38,992 nucleotides of DNA from a virus (taxonomy: Duplodnaviria > Caudoviricetes), in the IMG/VR virus record IMGVR_UViG_3300048598_000484, positions 1 to 38,992 of that record; one strand, 5' to 3'. Under the pieces are notes generated by a model, which ran no database searches, was not told the origin of the DNA, and saw only the letters and a list, made by a program, of their open reading frames with translations. Position 1 is the first letter of the stretch. Each line of letters begins with the position of its first letter. Below, in pieces: positions 16,996-25,948 of this stretch. The position numbers and the translations under genes were made by a program.

Positions 16996-17685
16996 TTATT
17001 TCTTCAAAAGATTGAGCCGCTGATACAGCGGCTCAGAAGGTTGCTTGTGTGCTGTATTCGGGATTTTGCTCAGGAGCGAATTCGTCACGGCACGGCGGCT
17101 GAACTGGTAGCTGTTGATCGGGATACCGTCCGGCGCACCCGTGTCGCGTGTCAAGATACCGTCAGCGAACCTGAGCTCGATCGCTTTGTTTGCGTTCATC
17201 CACGTTTCTGCGTCCATGAGGTGCGCAATCTTCGCGCGGGACATGCCCGTCTTCAGCTCATATGCGTTGATGATGCTTTCCTTCACCTCGTCCAGCATGG
17301 CGATCGCTTTTTGCATCTCTTCGCTATCGCCGATGGCTACCGTCAGCGGGTTATGGATCATGAGCAAGCTGGTCGGGGCCATGAGCACTTCGGTGCCGGC
17401 CATGGCGATCACCGACGCGGCGCTTGCCGCGATACCGTCGATCTTGACGGTCACCCGGCCCTTGTACTCCATGAGCATGGTGTAGATCTGACTTGCTGCG
17501 ACGCAATCGCCACCTGGGCTATTGACCCAAATCACGATGTCGCCCGTGCCAGCGTTTAGCTGCTCCCGAAACAGTTTCGGCGTGACGTCGTCGTCAAACC
17601 AGCTCTCTTCGGCAATCACGCCGTCGATGGTCAATGTGCGGATGCCGTCTTCATTACGCACCCAATTCCAAAATTGTCGTTTCAA
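16996..17685 (-). CDS. ClpP-type head maturation protease
   Basis: NSPGGD, DGIAASAASVIAMAG, MIHNP, ETWM. Confidence 0.95.
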   Translation of the reverse strand: MKRQFWNWVRNEDGIRTLTIDGVIAEESWFDDDVTPKLFREQLNAGTGDIVIWVNSPGGDCVAASQIYTMLMEYKGRVTVKIDGIAASAASVIAMAGTEVLMAPTSLLMIHNPLTVAIGDSEEMQKAIAMLDEVKESIINAYELKTGMSRAKIAHLMDAETWMNANKAIELRFADGILTRDTGAPDGIPINSYQFSRRAVTNSLLSKIPNTAHKQPSEPLYQRLNLLKK

Positions 17686-18941
17686 GAAGAATCCTCCTTT
17701 TTCTGCTGTGCTTCCCCGAACAACCCTGCGTCCTCCAGCTTTGTCATGGCTCCGTTGATGAGATACAAATCACCGCCGAGCTCCGGCGCGATGCGATCGA
17801 GGTTTTCCAGCTCGCGGATATCGTTTGTGCTCATCCATCCGTTTTGACGCGCGGTGGCATACCCGCTCATGCGCGAGGCATAGTCGCCGCGGAGAAGACC
17901 GTCGACATTGAACCGAATGAAGTACGTCGGTTTTTCGCTCTCGCTGAATAACGCCCGGCACATGCTCTGTTCCCAGCGCACGACCCAGGGATCGAGGGTG
18001 TACTTTACATATTCGAGCGACTGCTGCTCAATGTTGCTGAACGACGATTTCTCCAAGTCGGCCAGCATGTGCGGCGGCACGCGAAAGATCCGCGCGATCT
18101 CGTTGATCTGGAACTTGCGTGTCTCCAGAAACTGCGCCTGCTCCGGCGCGATTCCGATCGCTGTATACTTCATGCCCTCTTCGAGCACCGCGATCTTGTG
18201 GGAATTCGCGCTGCCCTGATACGCTGAGTTCCAGCTTTCCTTCACCCGCAACGGGTCTTTTATCGTTCCGGGGTGTTCCAGCACGCCGGAAGGGGCCGCG
18301 CCGTTGGCGAAGAACTTCGCGCCGTACTCCTCGGTGGCGATCGCCAATCCAATCGCGTTCTTCGCCATGGCGATCGGCGAGTAACCGATCAAGCCGTCGA
18401 AGCCGAGTCCGGGAATGTGCAACACGTCAGATGGCGAAAGGGGCACTTGTGTCGATTTGCCGAGTGTGCTCGGATCCTCCAACCCGCGCTGATACAAATA
18501 AAAAAGCCGGCCGTTCTGATCACGGTCGACTGTCATTTTGTTCGGCATGAGCGGGTAGAGCGCGACTACTTCGCCTCTGGCGTTTCGGATGATCTGCGCG
18601 TAGGCGTTACCCCACAACAGCAGGTGGCTCATGAGCGTCTCCCGAAACGCGAAACTAGTCATCTCGGGGTTAGGCTCATCGTGCAGCAACCGGTAAAGCG
18701 GGTGTTTAAACGCCTTCTCTTTCCCACCGCTATCGTTGTACTTGTAGACGTTCAGTGGCAGCCCCGCAACGGTTTCCGACAGAATTCTCACACAGGAGTA
18801 CACTGCCGTCATCTGCATAGCGGTCGTTTCGTTCACAGGCTTCCCGCTCGATGTGCCGCCAAAGAAGAAGCTATAGCGACTGCCGTTAAGAGAATCTTTC
18901 GGTTTGTCGCGGGAGTGAAATATCGCTCGAAGTGGATTCAT
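17682..18941 (-). CDS. Portal protein, HK97 family
   Basis: AVYSCVRILSE, LLWGNAY, IARIFRVPPHM, FSNIEQQ. Confidence 0.96.
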   Translation of the reverse strand: MNPLRAIFHSRDKPKDSLNGSRYSFFFGGTSSGKPVNETTAMQMTAVYSCVRILSETVAGLPLNVYKYNDSGGKEKAFKHPLYRLLHDEPNPEMTSFAFRETLMSHLLLWGNAYAQIIRNARGEVVALYPLMPNKMTVDRDQNGRLFYLYQRGLEDPSTLGKSTQVPLSPSDVLHIPGLGFDGLIGYSPIAMAKNAIGLAIATEEYGAKFFANGAAPSGVLEHPGTIKDPLRVKESWNSAYQGSANSHKIAVLEEGMKYTAIGIAPEQAQFLETRKFQINEIARIFRVPPHMLADLEKSSFSNIEQQSLEYVKYTLDPWVVRWEQSMCRALFSESEKPTYFIRFNVDGLLRGDYASRMSGYATARQNGWMSTNDIRELENLDRIAPELGGDLYLINGAMTKLEDAGLFGEAQQKKEDSS

Positions 18942-18965
18942 GCGTTTCCTCCATGGAACATTTGA

Positions 18966-18994
18966 TTGACATACCTAGAAAAAAGCAGTACAGT
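18966..18994 (+). promoter_or_regulatory. Sigma-A promoter of the zinc-ribbon moron
   Basis: TTGACA-N17-TACAGT. Confidence 0.7.
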
Positions 18995-19047
18995 GGCACT
19001 TGTGTGGTGTATTTTCGCACCATACAATATTTTATTTGAGGTATTTG

Positions 19048-19350
19048 ATGTACAGCGACAAGACCATCGTCTGCAAAGATTGCGGACAAGAATTCACCTT
19101 TACTGCCAACGAGCAAGAGTTTTTCGCCGAAAAAGGTTTTACGAACGAACCGCAGCGTTGCAAATCCTGCCGCGTCGCTCGTAAAGGCGCACCCAGAGGC
19201 GGTTCCCGCGATGGCGGATACCGCGACAACGCACCGCGCCAGATGTATGACGCAGTTTGCTCGGAATGCGGCAAAGCCTGCCAGGTTCCCTTCCAGCCCC
19301 GTACCGACCGACCGATCCTGTGCAGCGATTGCTTCAGAAGCAACAGGTAA
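19048..19350 (+). CDS. Double zinc-ribbon protein (N-terminal CxxC ribbon plus CxxC-x17-CxxC domain), moron
   Basis: CKDCG..FTFT..EQEFF..KGF..PQRCKSCR; CSECG...CSDCF; RG-rich linker. Confidence 0.9.
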   Translation: MYSDKTIVCKDCGQEFTFTANEQEFFAEKGFTNEPQRCKSCRVARKGAPRGGSRDGGYRDNAPRQMYDAVCSECGKACQVPFQPRTDRPILCSDCFRSNR

Positions 19351-19354
19351 TTTC

Positions 19355-19385
19355 AAAGGCACATCCTTAACCGGATGTGCCTTTT
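19355..19385 (+). terminator. Intrinsic terminator, probably bidirectional
   Basis: AAAGGCACATCC-TTAACC-GGATGTGCCTTT-T. Confidence 0.85.
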
Positions 19386-20993
19386 CTAAAACACCAGCAA
19401 TCCTCGGCCATCGTATACACTGGTGCTCTCTCCGCTACCGTTCCGCAGCGCCCGGTCCAGAGCCATGATCGTTGCAACAGCACCGTCGATTTTCTCGGTG
19501 CTTTTTTCTTTGTCCGGCTTGATGTTCCCCGCCGGATCCGTACGAATGTAGATGTTGTCCATCATCCAGCGCAAAACCGGCTGACCGCCGTGCGCGATCC
19601 TCTGCTCCAGCGTCAGCTTCATGAGTTCCTTCGTCGGCGGGGACATGTCCTTGAACCCCTGGCCGAACGGAACCACTGTAAAGCCCATACCCTCAAGATT
19701 CTGTACCATCTGCACCGCACCCCAACGATCAAACGCGATCTCGCGGATGTTGTACACTTTGCCGAGCTGTTCAATGAACGTCTCGATGAACCCGTAATGC
19801 ACGACGTTGCCCTCGGTCGTCAGCAACAATCCCTGCTTCTCCCAAAGGTCATAGTTCACATGATCGCGCCGCACGCGCAGGGCGATGTTCTCCTCCGGGA
19901 TCCAGAAAAACGGTAGGATATAGTACTTGTCATCTTCATCCAGTGGCGGGAAAACAAGCACGAATGCTGTAATGTCCGTGCTGGACGAAAGGTCAAGACC
20001 GCCATAGCAGACACGCCCTTTGAGCGTTTCGGGGTCAACCGGAAACGCGCATTTATCCCACATATCCATCGGCATCCAGCGAATCGCCTGTTTGACCCAC
20101 TGGTTCAACCGAAGCTGTCGAAACGCGTTCTCTTCGGCCGGGTTCTGCTGTGCGCTTTCGCACGCGGCTTTCACTTTATCGACGCCCACCGTAATCCCGA
20201 GCGACGGATTCGCTTTCTTCCAAACTTTGGGATCAGTCCAGGAATCGTTCTCTTCGGTACCGTAGATCACGGGGTAGAATGTCGGGTCGGTCTTCCTGCC
20301 GTCGAGAATATCCTTCGCCTTCGAATGAACTTCCCAGCAGATGGAGTTGGTGTTGTCACCTGCGGTGGTGATCAGGAAATAAAGCGGCTGCATGCGCGCA
20401 TCACCGCTGCCCTTAGTCATAACGTCAAAAAGGCGACGGTTCGGCTGTGTGTGCAGCTCGTCGAAGATCACTCCGTGTGTATTGAAGCCGTGTTTATTGG
20501 CGACGTCCGCTGAGAGCACCTGATAGTAACTCCCGGTCGGCAGGTACACGATCCGCTTCTGCGACGCGAGGATCTTCACACGCTTCGCCAGCGCCGGACA
20601 CATGGTCACCATGTCCTTAGCGACCTCGAACACAATCGACGCCTGCTGGCGGTCGGCGGCGCATCCATACACTTCGGCGCGCTCTTCATTATCGCCGCAG
20701 GTTAAAAGCAGCGCGATCGCTGCAGCAAGCTCTGATTTTCCATTCTTCTTTGGTATTTCGATATACGCCGTATTGAACTGGCGGTATCCGCTGGGCTTCA
20801 GTGTGCCAAACACATCGCGGATGATCTGTTCCTGCCAGTCGATCAACAAAAACAGCTTACCCGCCCATGTACCCTTAGTGTGAGAAAGGCATTCGATAAA
20901 TGCCACAGCATGATCCGCAGCCAATTTGTCGTACACCGAGTCCTTTGCTTTGAAGGGAGTTGGCGTGTATTTCTTCAGTTTCCGTAGCATCAC
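19386..20993 (-). CDS. terL: Terminase large subunit
   Basis: PKKNGKS Walker A, IFDELH Walker B, GGLDLS and KIDGAVA nuclease motifs. Confidence 0.97.
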   Translation of the reverse strand: MMLRKLKKYTPTPFKAKDSVYDKLAADHAVAFIECLSHTKGTWAGKLFLLIDWQEQIIRDVFGTLKPSGYRQFNTAYIEIPKKNGKSELAAAIALLLTCGDNEERAEVYGCAADRQQASIVFEVAKDMVTMCPALAKRVKILASQKRIVYLPTGSYYQVLSADVANKHGFNTHGVIFDELHTQPNRRLFDVMTKGSGDARMQPLYFLITTAGDNTNSICWEVHSKAKDILDGRKTDPTFYPVIYGTEENDSWTDPKVWKKANPSLGITVGVDKVKAACESAQQNPAEENAFRQLRLNQWVKQAIRWMPMDMWDKCAFPVDPETLKGRVCYGGLDLSSSTDITAFVLVFPPLDEDDKYYILPFFWIPEENIALRVRRDHVNYDLWEKQGLLLTTEGNVVHYGFIETFIEQLGKVYNIREIAFDRWGAVQMVQNLEGMGFTVVPFGQGFKDMSPPTKELMKLTLEQRIAHGGQPVLRWMMDNIYIRTDPAGNIKPDKEKSTEKIDGAVATIMALDRALRNGSGESTSVYDGRGLLVF

Positions 20994-21046
20994 CGCCTCC
21001 TATCAAGCAAAGATTCCTTCGGGTTAATTTGTCATGATCTGATACA

Positions 21047-21074
21047 TTGCGATAATCATGAGAAAGAATATAAT
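21047..21074 (+). promoter_or_regulatory. Putative sigma-A promoter of the membrane-protein moron
   Basis: TTGCGA-N16-TATAAT. Confidence 0.55.
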
Positions 21075-21144
21075 GATATTGTGTTCTGCGTTTGGTTCAC
21101 TGTCTGAAAAGGATACTCAACCGAATTTGAAAGGAGCGTCTTGT

Positions 21145-21549
21145 ATGTTCATCGCTATTGTTCTATGGATCGTTGCATTCGCATTTGTGCTTGTTACTTC
21201 CATCAACATGATCCGACGCGCTGTTAAAACGAAACATTGCACCGCAGAAACGAATGCTGATGTGATTGAAATTAGGGAACTTGTCCGGCGAAGAAATGGC
21301 ATCTTCACAAGAGAATATCTTCCCACAATCTCATATGTTATCGATGGAACAACGTACGAGAGAAAGTACACCAAAGCCTATCGCTCGGATACGTATCACA
21401 TCGGTCAGATTCTACCCATTCTGTATAATCCGCAAAAGCCGGACGAGGTCAATACAATCGGAACCAGCAATAAGGCTGATTTGGTCATGCTCATCATCGG
21501 ACTCGTTATTGGAGTAATTGGTATCGTTTTCGTTATGCTGCAGAAGTAG
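21145..21549 (+). CDS. DUF3592-like membrane protein (TM, beta domain, TM), moron
   Basis: Y.P.ISY.IDG.TY and GQ.LPILYNPQKP pattern between two TM helices; AAGGAG RBS. Confidence 0.75.
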   Translation: MFIAIVLWIVAFAFVLVTSINMIRRAVKTKHCTAETNADVIEIRELVRRRNGIFTREYLPTISYVIDGTTYERKYTKAYRSDTYHIGQILPILYNPQKPDEVNTIGTSNKADLVMLIIGLVIGVIGIVFVMLQK

Positions 21550-21570
21550 CGACCCTCATCACCAAGCAAA

Positions 21571-21596
21571 CATGGAGGCCCGCGTGAGCCTCCGTG
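21571..21596. terminator. Hairpin between convergent genes, probable terminator
   Basis: CATGGAGGC-CCGCGTGA-GCCTCCGTG. Confidence 0.6.
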
Positions 21597-21698
21597 TCCG
21601 ATTTGGTTTGGTTATCGCGCGCCATTGGGGCAACCGCCCCAGCTGCTTCATTAACCGCTCAGTGGCTGCGACGTTCCGCAACACGGCATTGCGGCGAT

Positions 21699-22151
21699 CT
21701 ATGCACCGGATGCGTCCGTATCGCCTTCCTGTACTGTCGCTTTCAGGATATCTACGTCAAACCCCGCTACTCTGTACCCTTCCAAAAGTGTGCTGTAATA
21801 GAAAGCGCTCGGCTTGTTCTGTGGCTTTCCACTGATTAAGATGTAGATCAGAGCTTGTACCAGAGCACCGTCGCGGCGTACTTTGATCGCAGTTTTCCGA
21901 TACAGTTCCGGCACACCGATCCAGCGGTCGAGCACAGCTTCATCCTGCGGTGAAATCTCCCACAGCAGCGCGGGAACGCTACCGCCCTTCGCTTTTTCGA
22001 TCGTCGCCAATGCGCCGGCTTTACTGCCGCGAAAAGAAAGTCTGTAATTCTTCAACACCGCGGAGCCGATCAGCTTTGCGGTCGGGCAATGCTGCGACAT
22101 TTCGGTGCGGTTCAGACCAGCGCCGTACGCTGCAAAAAGTCGGCTATTCAA
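21699..22151 (-). CDS. Gamma-glutamylcyclotransferase-fold (AIG2-like) protein with degenerate motifs
   Basis: AYGAGLN..M..CPTA; LWEI...DE..LDRWIG; TTG start. Confidence 0.75.
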   Translation of the reverse strand: MNSRLFAAYGAGLNRTEMSQHCPTAKLIGSAVLKNYRLSFRGSKAGALATIEKAKGGSVPALLWEISPQDEAVLDRWIGVPELYRKTAIKVRRDGALVQALIYILISGKPQNKPSAFYYSTLLEGYRVAGFDVDILKATVQEGDTDASGA

Positions 22152-22152
22152 G

Positions 22153-22383
22153 TTAGTCCTCCTCGATCTTCACACATTCGTCCTCACCAAGAACCACACC
22201 GAGAGTGCTTCCGTTGCTCCAAGCCGTGTGAATCGTTCCAAGTGAATCGACATAAAGCACTTCCCCGATGGTGCCTACTGGTATTTGTATGTAGGGGTCG
22301 TTCATGTGTACCAGACGCACTTTTGTACCAGGCTTATAATATTCTTTGAGCTGTTTCAGCAGCTCGGGATGAATGTTCTTCAT
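22153..22383 (-). CDS. DUF4314-like protein
   Basis: YKPGTKVRLVHMNDPY...GTIGEV..VDSLGTIH..WSNGSTLG. Confidence 0.85.
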   Translation of the reverse strand: MKNIHPELLKQLKEYYKPGTKVRLVHMNDPYIQIPVGTIGEVLYVDSLGTIHTAWSNGSTLGVVLGEDECVKIEED

Positions 22384-23111
22384 TCTTCGTCACCCGCTTT
22401 CTGCGTATCGCGAAACGCTGCGTTACCGGTAAGGTTCTTCAACAGGATCTTTCGCGAGTCTTTATACTCCGCACCGATAAATCCGAGCCGGAGTAGAAAG
22501 CAGCGGAAGGCGTATTTTTCGTTTTTGACTTCCTGTTCCGACGCGCTGACGTGCTTTTGTGTGCACGCCAGTTCGTAAAGGCCCTGTACCAGTTGGTAAT
22601 AGGCTGTGATCTCCACGTGATCGTCGGTCGGCCGGAACCATCCGAATTCGATCCTGTCGGAGTGTTCTGTCATAGGAAGGCTGTTTGTGCCGAGCGCTTT
22701 CTTCAGCAGCGTCGCCTTGCTCTCAACCAGCCGTCGTAGGTTCTCCATTGCAATAAGCGTCATGCCATCCTTCGGTATCTCGACCGAAAGCCGGTCCAGG
22801 CTCGCGAGTGTAGGTGTCACGAATTCTTGCACAGGCATTCCCGCCGCTATCTGCTCGGTTGGCTTCGCCGGCCAGCCAATCCGTTCGCCGATGAAGCCGT
22901 CATGTGCCAGTTCGCGAATCAGCGTGTCGATCTGCGCCGCGTCTGCGTCGTCAGGACAGGTAACTGTTCCGTTCTTGTCGATGGTGTACTTTCCCACCAT
23001 GAAACAAAATGATGGAGCGCCAAGATAGCGAGTGGTGTCCTGCAGGGTGTCTCGCATGACCGCGACCAGCGCCTTTCTTCTGTCCCCTGTAACGTTGTAC
23101 TTGATCTGCAT
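22380..23111 (-). CDS. Conserved prophage 'virulence-related' protein with amidoligase-like C-terminus
   Basis: YLGAPSF and NEKYAFRCFLLRLGFIG.EYK..RKILLKNLTGNAAFR. Confidence 0.75.
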   Translation of the reverse strand: MQIKYNVTGDRRKALVAVMRDTLQDTTRYLGAPSFCFMVGKYTIDKNGTVTCPDDADAAQIDTLIRELAHDGFIGERIGWPAKPTEQIAAGMPVQEFVTPTLASLDRLSVEIPKDGMTLIAMENLRRLVESKATLLKKALGTNSLPMTEHSDRIEFGWFRPTDDHVEITAYYQLVQGLYELACTQKHVSASEQEVKNEKYAFRCFLLRLGFIGAEYKDSRKILLKNLTGNAAFRDTQKAGDEE

Positions 23112-23118
23112 ATGATTA

Positions 23119-23173
23119 CCATCCTTTCGATTTTGTAGTCATATACATGGATCAAACGAGTGTGAATATCAAG
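23119..23173 (-). promoter_or_regulatory. Internal promoter-like motif shared with the integrase upstream region
   Basis: CTTGATATTC-N9-TGATCCA-N7-GACTACAAAA, same spacing as 1388-1440. Confidence 0.55.
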
Positions 23174-24403
23174 CTATTTATCTGTGTTTTCGGCGATTTC
23201 TTCGTGCGAAACTCGTCCTCCGTTACGATAAATCGATTGGTCCGGAGAATTTTGATGAAATCGACGAACGATCACATCGCAGTACTTTTCATCCAACTCG
23301 ATCATACGGCAGACACGATCCGTCTGTTCGCAGGCGATCAGGGTACTGCCGCTGCCACCGAAGGGATCGAGCACGATGCAATTTGCCATACTTGAATTCA
23401 GAATCGGATACGCCAGCAGTTCCACAGGTTTCATGGTCGGATGGTCGACGTTCTGTTTGGGTTTGTCGAACTCCCAGATCGTCGTTTGCTTCCGATCAGC
23501 GTACCATTCGTGTTTGCCCTTTTTCTTCCAGCCATACAAAACAGGCTCATGCCGCCATTGATACGGACTCCGGCCTAACACCAGAGATTGTTTCTTCCAG
23601 ATACAGGTGCCGGAGAGATAGAACCCAGCTTCCGAGAATGCCTTTCGAAAGTTCAGGCCCTCCGTATCCGCATGGAACACATAGATCGACGCGTCATTCG
23701 CCATGCACGCTTCCATATTCTGAAATGAAGCAAGCAGGAAGTCGTAAAACACAGCATCGGCCATGTTGTCGTTTTTGATTTTACCGGCGCTGCCTTCATA
23801 GTTGACGTTGTACGGCGGATCCGTGACCACAAGGTTGGCCTGGCCACCGTCCATGAGCAGGTCGAACACATCTCGCTTGGTGCTGTCACCGCAGACGAGT
23901 CGGTGTTTGCCGAGGAGCCAGAGGTCGCCCAGCTTCGTGATCGCAGGCTCCTTGAGCGCGGCATCCACATCGAAATCATCGTCATGAACATCGGCGCGTT
24001 GCGCATCTTTGAAAAGTGTATCCAGCTCAGGAGCGTCGAAGCCGGTCAGAGATACGTCGAAATCCGCGCCTTGCAGGTCCGCGATCAGTAAAGAGAGTTT
24101 GTCCTTGTCCCATTCGCCGCTAATCTTGTTCAGCGCGACATTGAGCGCTTTCTCTTTCTCTTCGCCCATTTCCACGACAACACATTCGACCTCAGTTACG
24201 CCGGTATCGATCAGCACCTTCAAGCGCTGGTGTCCGCCGACAACGTGGCCAGTCGTCTTATTCCAGATCACCGGTTCCACATATCCGAACTCCGACAAGG
24301 ATCGCTTCAGCTTTTCATATTCGGGGTCGCCGGGCTTCAAATCTTTACGAGGATTGTAATCCGCCGGGGCGAGCTTACCGACCGACAGTGATTGAATGAC
24401 CAT
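23174..24403 (-). CDS. ParB-like domain plus N6-adenine/N4-cytosine DNA methyltransferase
   Basis: YNPRK and VGGHQR (ParB-like); TDPPYN, HPTMKP and DPFGGSGST (beta-class MTase). Confidence 0.93.
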   Translation of the reverse strand: MVIQSLSVGKLAPADYNPRKDLKPGDPEYEKLKRSLSEFGYVEPVIWNKTTGHVVGGHQRLKVLIDTGVTEVECVVVEMGEEKEKALNVALNKISGEWDKDKLSLLIADLQGADFDVSLTGFDAPELDTLFKDAQRADVHDDDFDVDAALKEPAITKLGDLWLLGKHRLVCGDSTKRDVFDLLMDGGQANLVVTDPPYNVNYEGSAGKIKNDNMADAVFYDFLLASFQNMEACMANDASIYVFHADTEGLNFRKAFSEAGFYLSGTCIWKKQSLVLGRSPYQWRHEPVLYGWKKKGKHEWYADRKQTTIWEFDKPKQNVDHPTMKPVELLAYPILNSSMANCIVLDPFGGSGSTLIACEQTDRVCRMIELDEKYCDVIVRRFHQNSPDQSIYRNGGRVSHEEIAENTDK

Positions 24404-24551
24404 TCTGCTTTCCTTTCGACACGATTTTTCGTAAACCCGCTTGCGCCGCCGGGAGATTGCCCGCGAGCGCCTGTCCGCGCAGCGTCTTGCGCTGCTGGCT
24501 GGTCAAACGATAGTATCGAAGCGATTGGATAAATACCTGCACTTCGTCCAT
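24375..24551 (-). CDS. 58-aa hypothetical phage protein (absent from the ORF track)
   Basis: MDEVQVFIQSLRYYRLTSQQRKTLRGQALAGNLPAAQAGLRKIV...; starts 2 nt after the terS stop. Confidence 0.7.
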   Translation of the reverse strand: MDEVQVFIQSLRYYRLTSQQRKTLRGQALAGNLPAAQAGLRKIVSKGKQNGHSITVGR

Positions 24552-24553
24552 AC

Positions 24554-25093
24554 TTATTTCCCCCTTCGCGCGGTCAGCAGGCGCTCCATAACGTCGTCCT
24601 GCGGATTGGAACCGGTGTAGTCGGCGGCGCAGTTTTCTTTCACAATCTGGAAGATCTCATACCAGAGCCGGTTTGTTTGCGCCATGTAGTTTTGGCTCAT
24701 AGCCACATACGGAGACTGGATCGCGTTACCCGTCGTCGGATGTTTTGCGAGGAACCCGTACTCCGTAATTGCCGCTTCACACTGAATCCAGCGCGCGGCG
24801 CTCATGGCGTATCGTTCCAGCACCTGCGGGGAGACGATGCTCGCGCAGCCACGTTCGTTCAGCCAGCTCCAGGTCCGCTCGTAGATATCCGACGCAATGA
24901 GCGGCTTGCCATCTTTCTGTACGGCGGAGAGCATCTCTTGCGGCGGTGGCATATTCACGCCATGGAAATCGCTGGCACCGGGGAATTCGACAACGGTTAG
25001 CTTTCGCTTGCCGGGGTTACCTTCCAACACTTTATCCGCCAGCGGTTTCGGCGGTCTACCGCCTTGTCCGGCCGCCGGGCCTCTTCTTCCCAT
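24554..25093 (-). CDS. terS: Terminase small subunit, P27 family
   Basis: GGRPPKP...GNPGKRKL; LERYAMSAARWIQCE; HPTTG..IQSPYV. Confidence 0.9.
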   Translation of the reverse strand: MGRRGPAAGQGGRPPKPLADKVLEGNPGKRKLTVVEFPGASDFHGVNMPPPQEMLSAVQKDGKPLIASDIYERTWSWLNERGCASIVSPQVLERYAMSAARWIQCEAAITEYGFLAKHPTTGNAIQSPYVAMSQNYMAQTNRLWYEIFQIVKENCAADYTGSNPQDDVMERLLTARRGK

Positions 25094-25119
25094 GTGCGTT
25101 TCCTCCCAAGTAAAACTTA

Positions 25120-25212
25120 TGGGGCTATTCCCCTTAAAACTTCCGCGAAAATTTACACGCGACCCGACCGCGTTGTCCAAATTGAATTGTGTTAGAGATA
25201 AATATCCCCCCA
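25120..25212 (-). other. Putative cos/packaging-initiation region
   Basis: Non-coding, directly upstream of P27 terS; GGGGGG...ATCTCT...GGACAACGCGGTCGGGTCGCGTGTAAA layout resembles cos regions of HNH-dependent phages. Confidence 0.5.
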
Positions 25213-25300
25213 TGGTCATGACGACACTCAACTTATTGTTTAAATTAGTTGAATGTTTGCTGTTCATAAGTTGAATGTCGGAATAAAACTCATATGGAAC

Positions 25301-25343
25301 TTTACTTTCACGCCCTAATCGATTATCATTAGGGCGTGAAAGT
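25301..25343 (+). promoter_or_regulatory. abiE promoter with perfect 16-bp inverted-repeat operator
   Basis: TTTACT-N17-TATCAT overlapped by ACTTTCACGCCCTAAT-N8-ATTAGGGCGTGAAAGT. Confidence 0.8.
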
Positions 25344-25354
25344 GAGGAATTGTC

Positions 25355-25948
25355 ATGAAGTCCAATGACAAACTGGCTGTATTGTTAAAAGAGAACAAAG
25401 GGTTTTTGAAAACATCTGACGCAGTAGCGGCAGGTGTTTCAAGGACCGCGCTCGGCGATTTTGTACGGCAAAACAATCTAGAGCGTGTTGCTCATGGTTT
25501 ATATATGTCGCAAGACGCATGGACAGACGGTTTGTTTGTGATCCAAGTACGATATCCGGAAGCTGTGTTTTCTCACGAAACGGCTCTCTATCTTCTGCAC
25601 CTTGCTGATCGCGAACCCGATCCCTTTTCCATTACTGTCAAAGCCGGGACAAATTCTGTCGGTTTATTGCGGCAAGGAGTGAAGGTGTATAAGGTGAAGA
25701 AGGAGCTTTTCGATGAAGGCATCGTCGAGACGAATTCACCATCCGGTCATTTCGTCAGGACATACAATGCCGAGCGGACAATTTGTGACATGTTCCGAAG
25801 TCGGAATCGCATTGAGATTCAGGACTTGCAAGCAGCAATCAAAGAGTACGTTCGTTCAAAAGAGAAGAACATTCCAAAATTATTGCGATATGCGCGTGCA
25901 TTTTCTGTTGAACGGCAAGTCCAGCAATATTTGGAGGTACTATTGTAA
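25355..25948 (+). CDS. abiEi: Type IV toxin-antitoxin antitoxin, AbiEi family
   Basis: N-terminal wHTH (LERVAHGLY); FSHETALYL and ERTICD. Confidence 0.9.
   Translation: MKSNDKLAVLLKENKGFLKTSDAVAAGVSRTALGDFVRQNNLERVAHGLYMSQDAWTDGLFVIQVRYPEAVFSHETALYLLHLADREPDPFSITVKAGTNSVGLLRQGVKVYKVKKELFDEGIVETNSPSGHFVRTYNAERTICDMFRSRNRIEIQDLQAAIKEYVRSKEKNIPKLLRYARAFSVERQVQQYLEVLL

Noticed and set aside
21600-21698. Clustered hairpins as an ncRNA or amidoligase remnant
   Set aside because: Short GC-rich stems between convergent genes fit terminators; the peptide similarity is too weak
23174-24403. Restriction-modification system
   Set aside because: Orphan ParB-MTase in a usual packaging-module position, with no restriction enzyme
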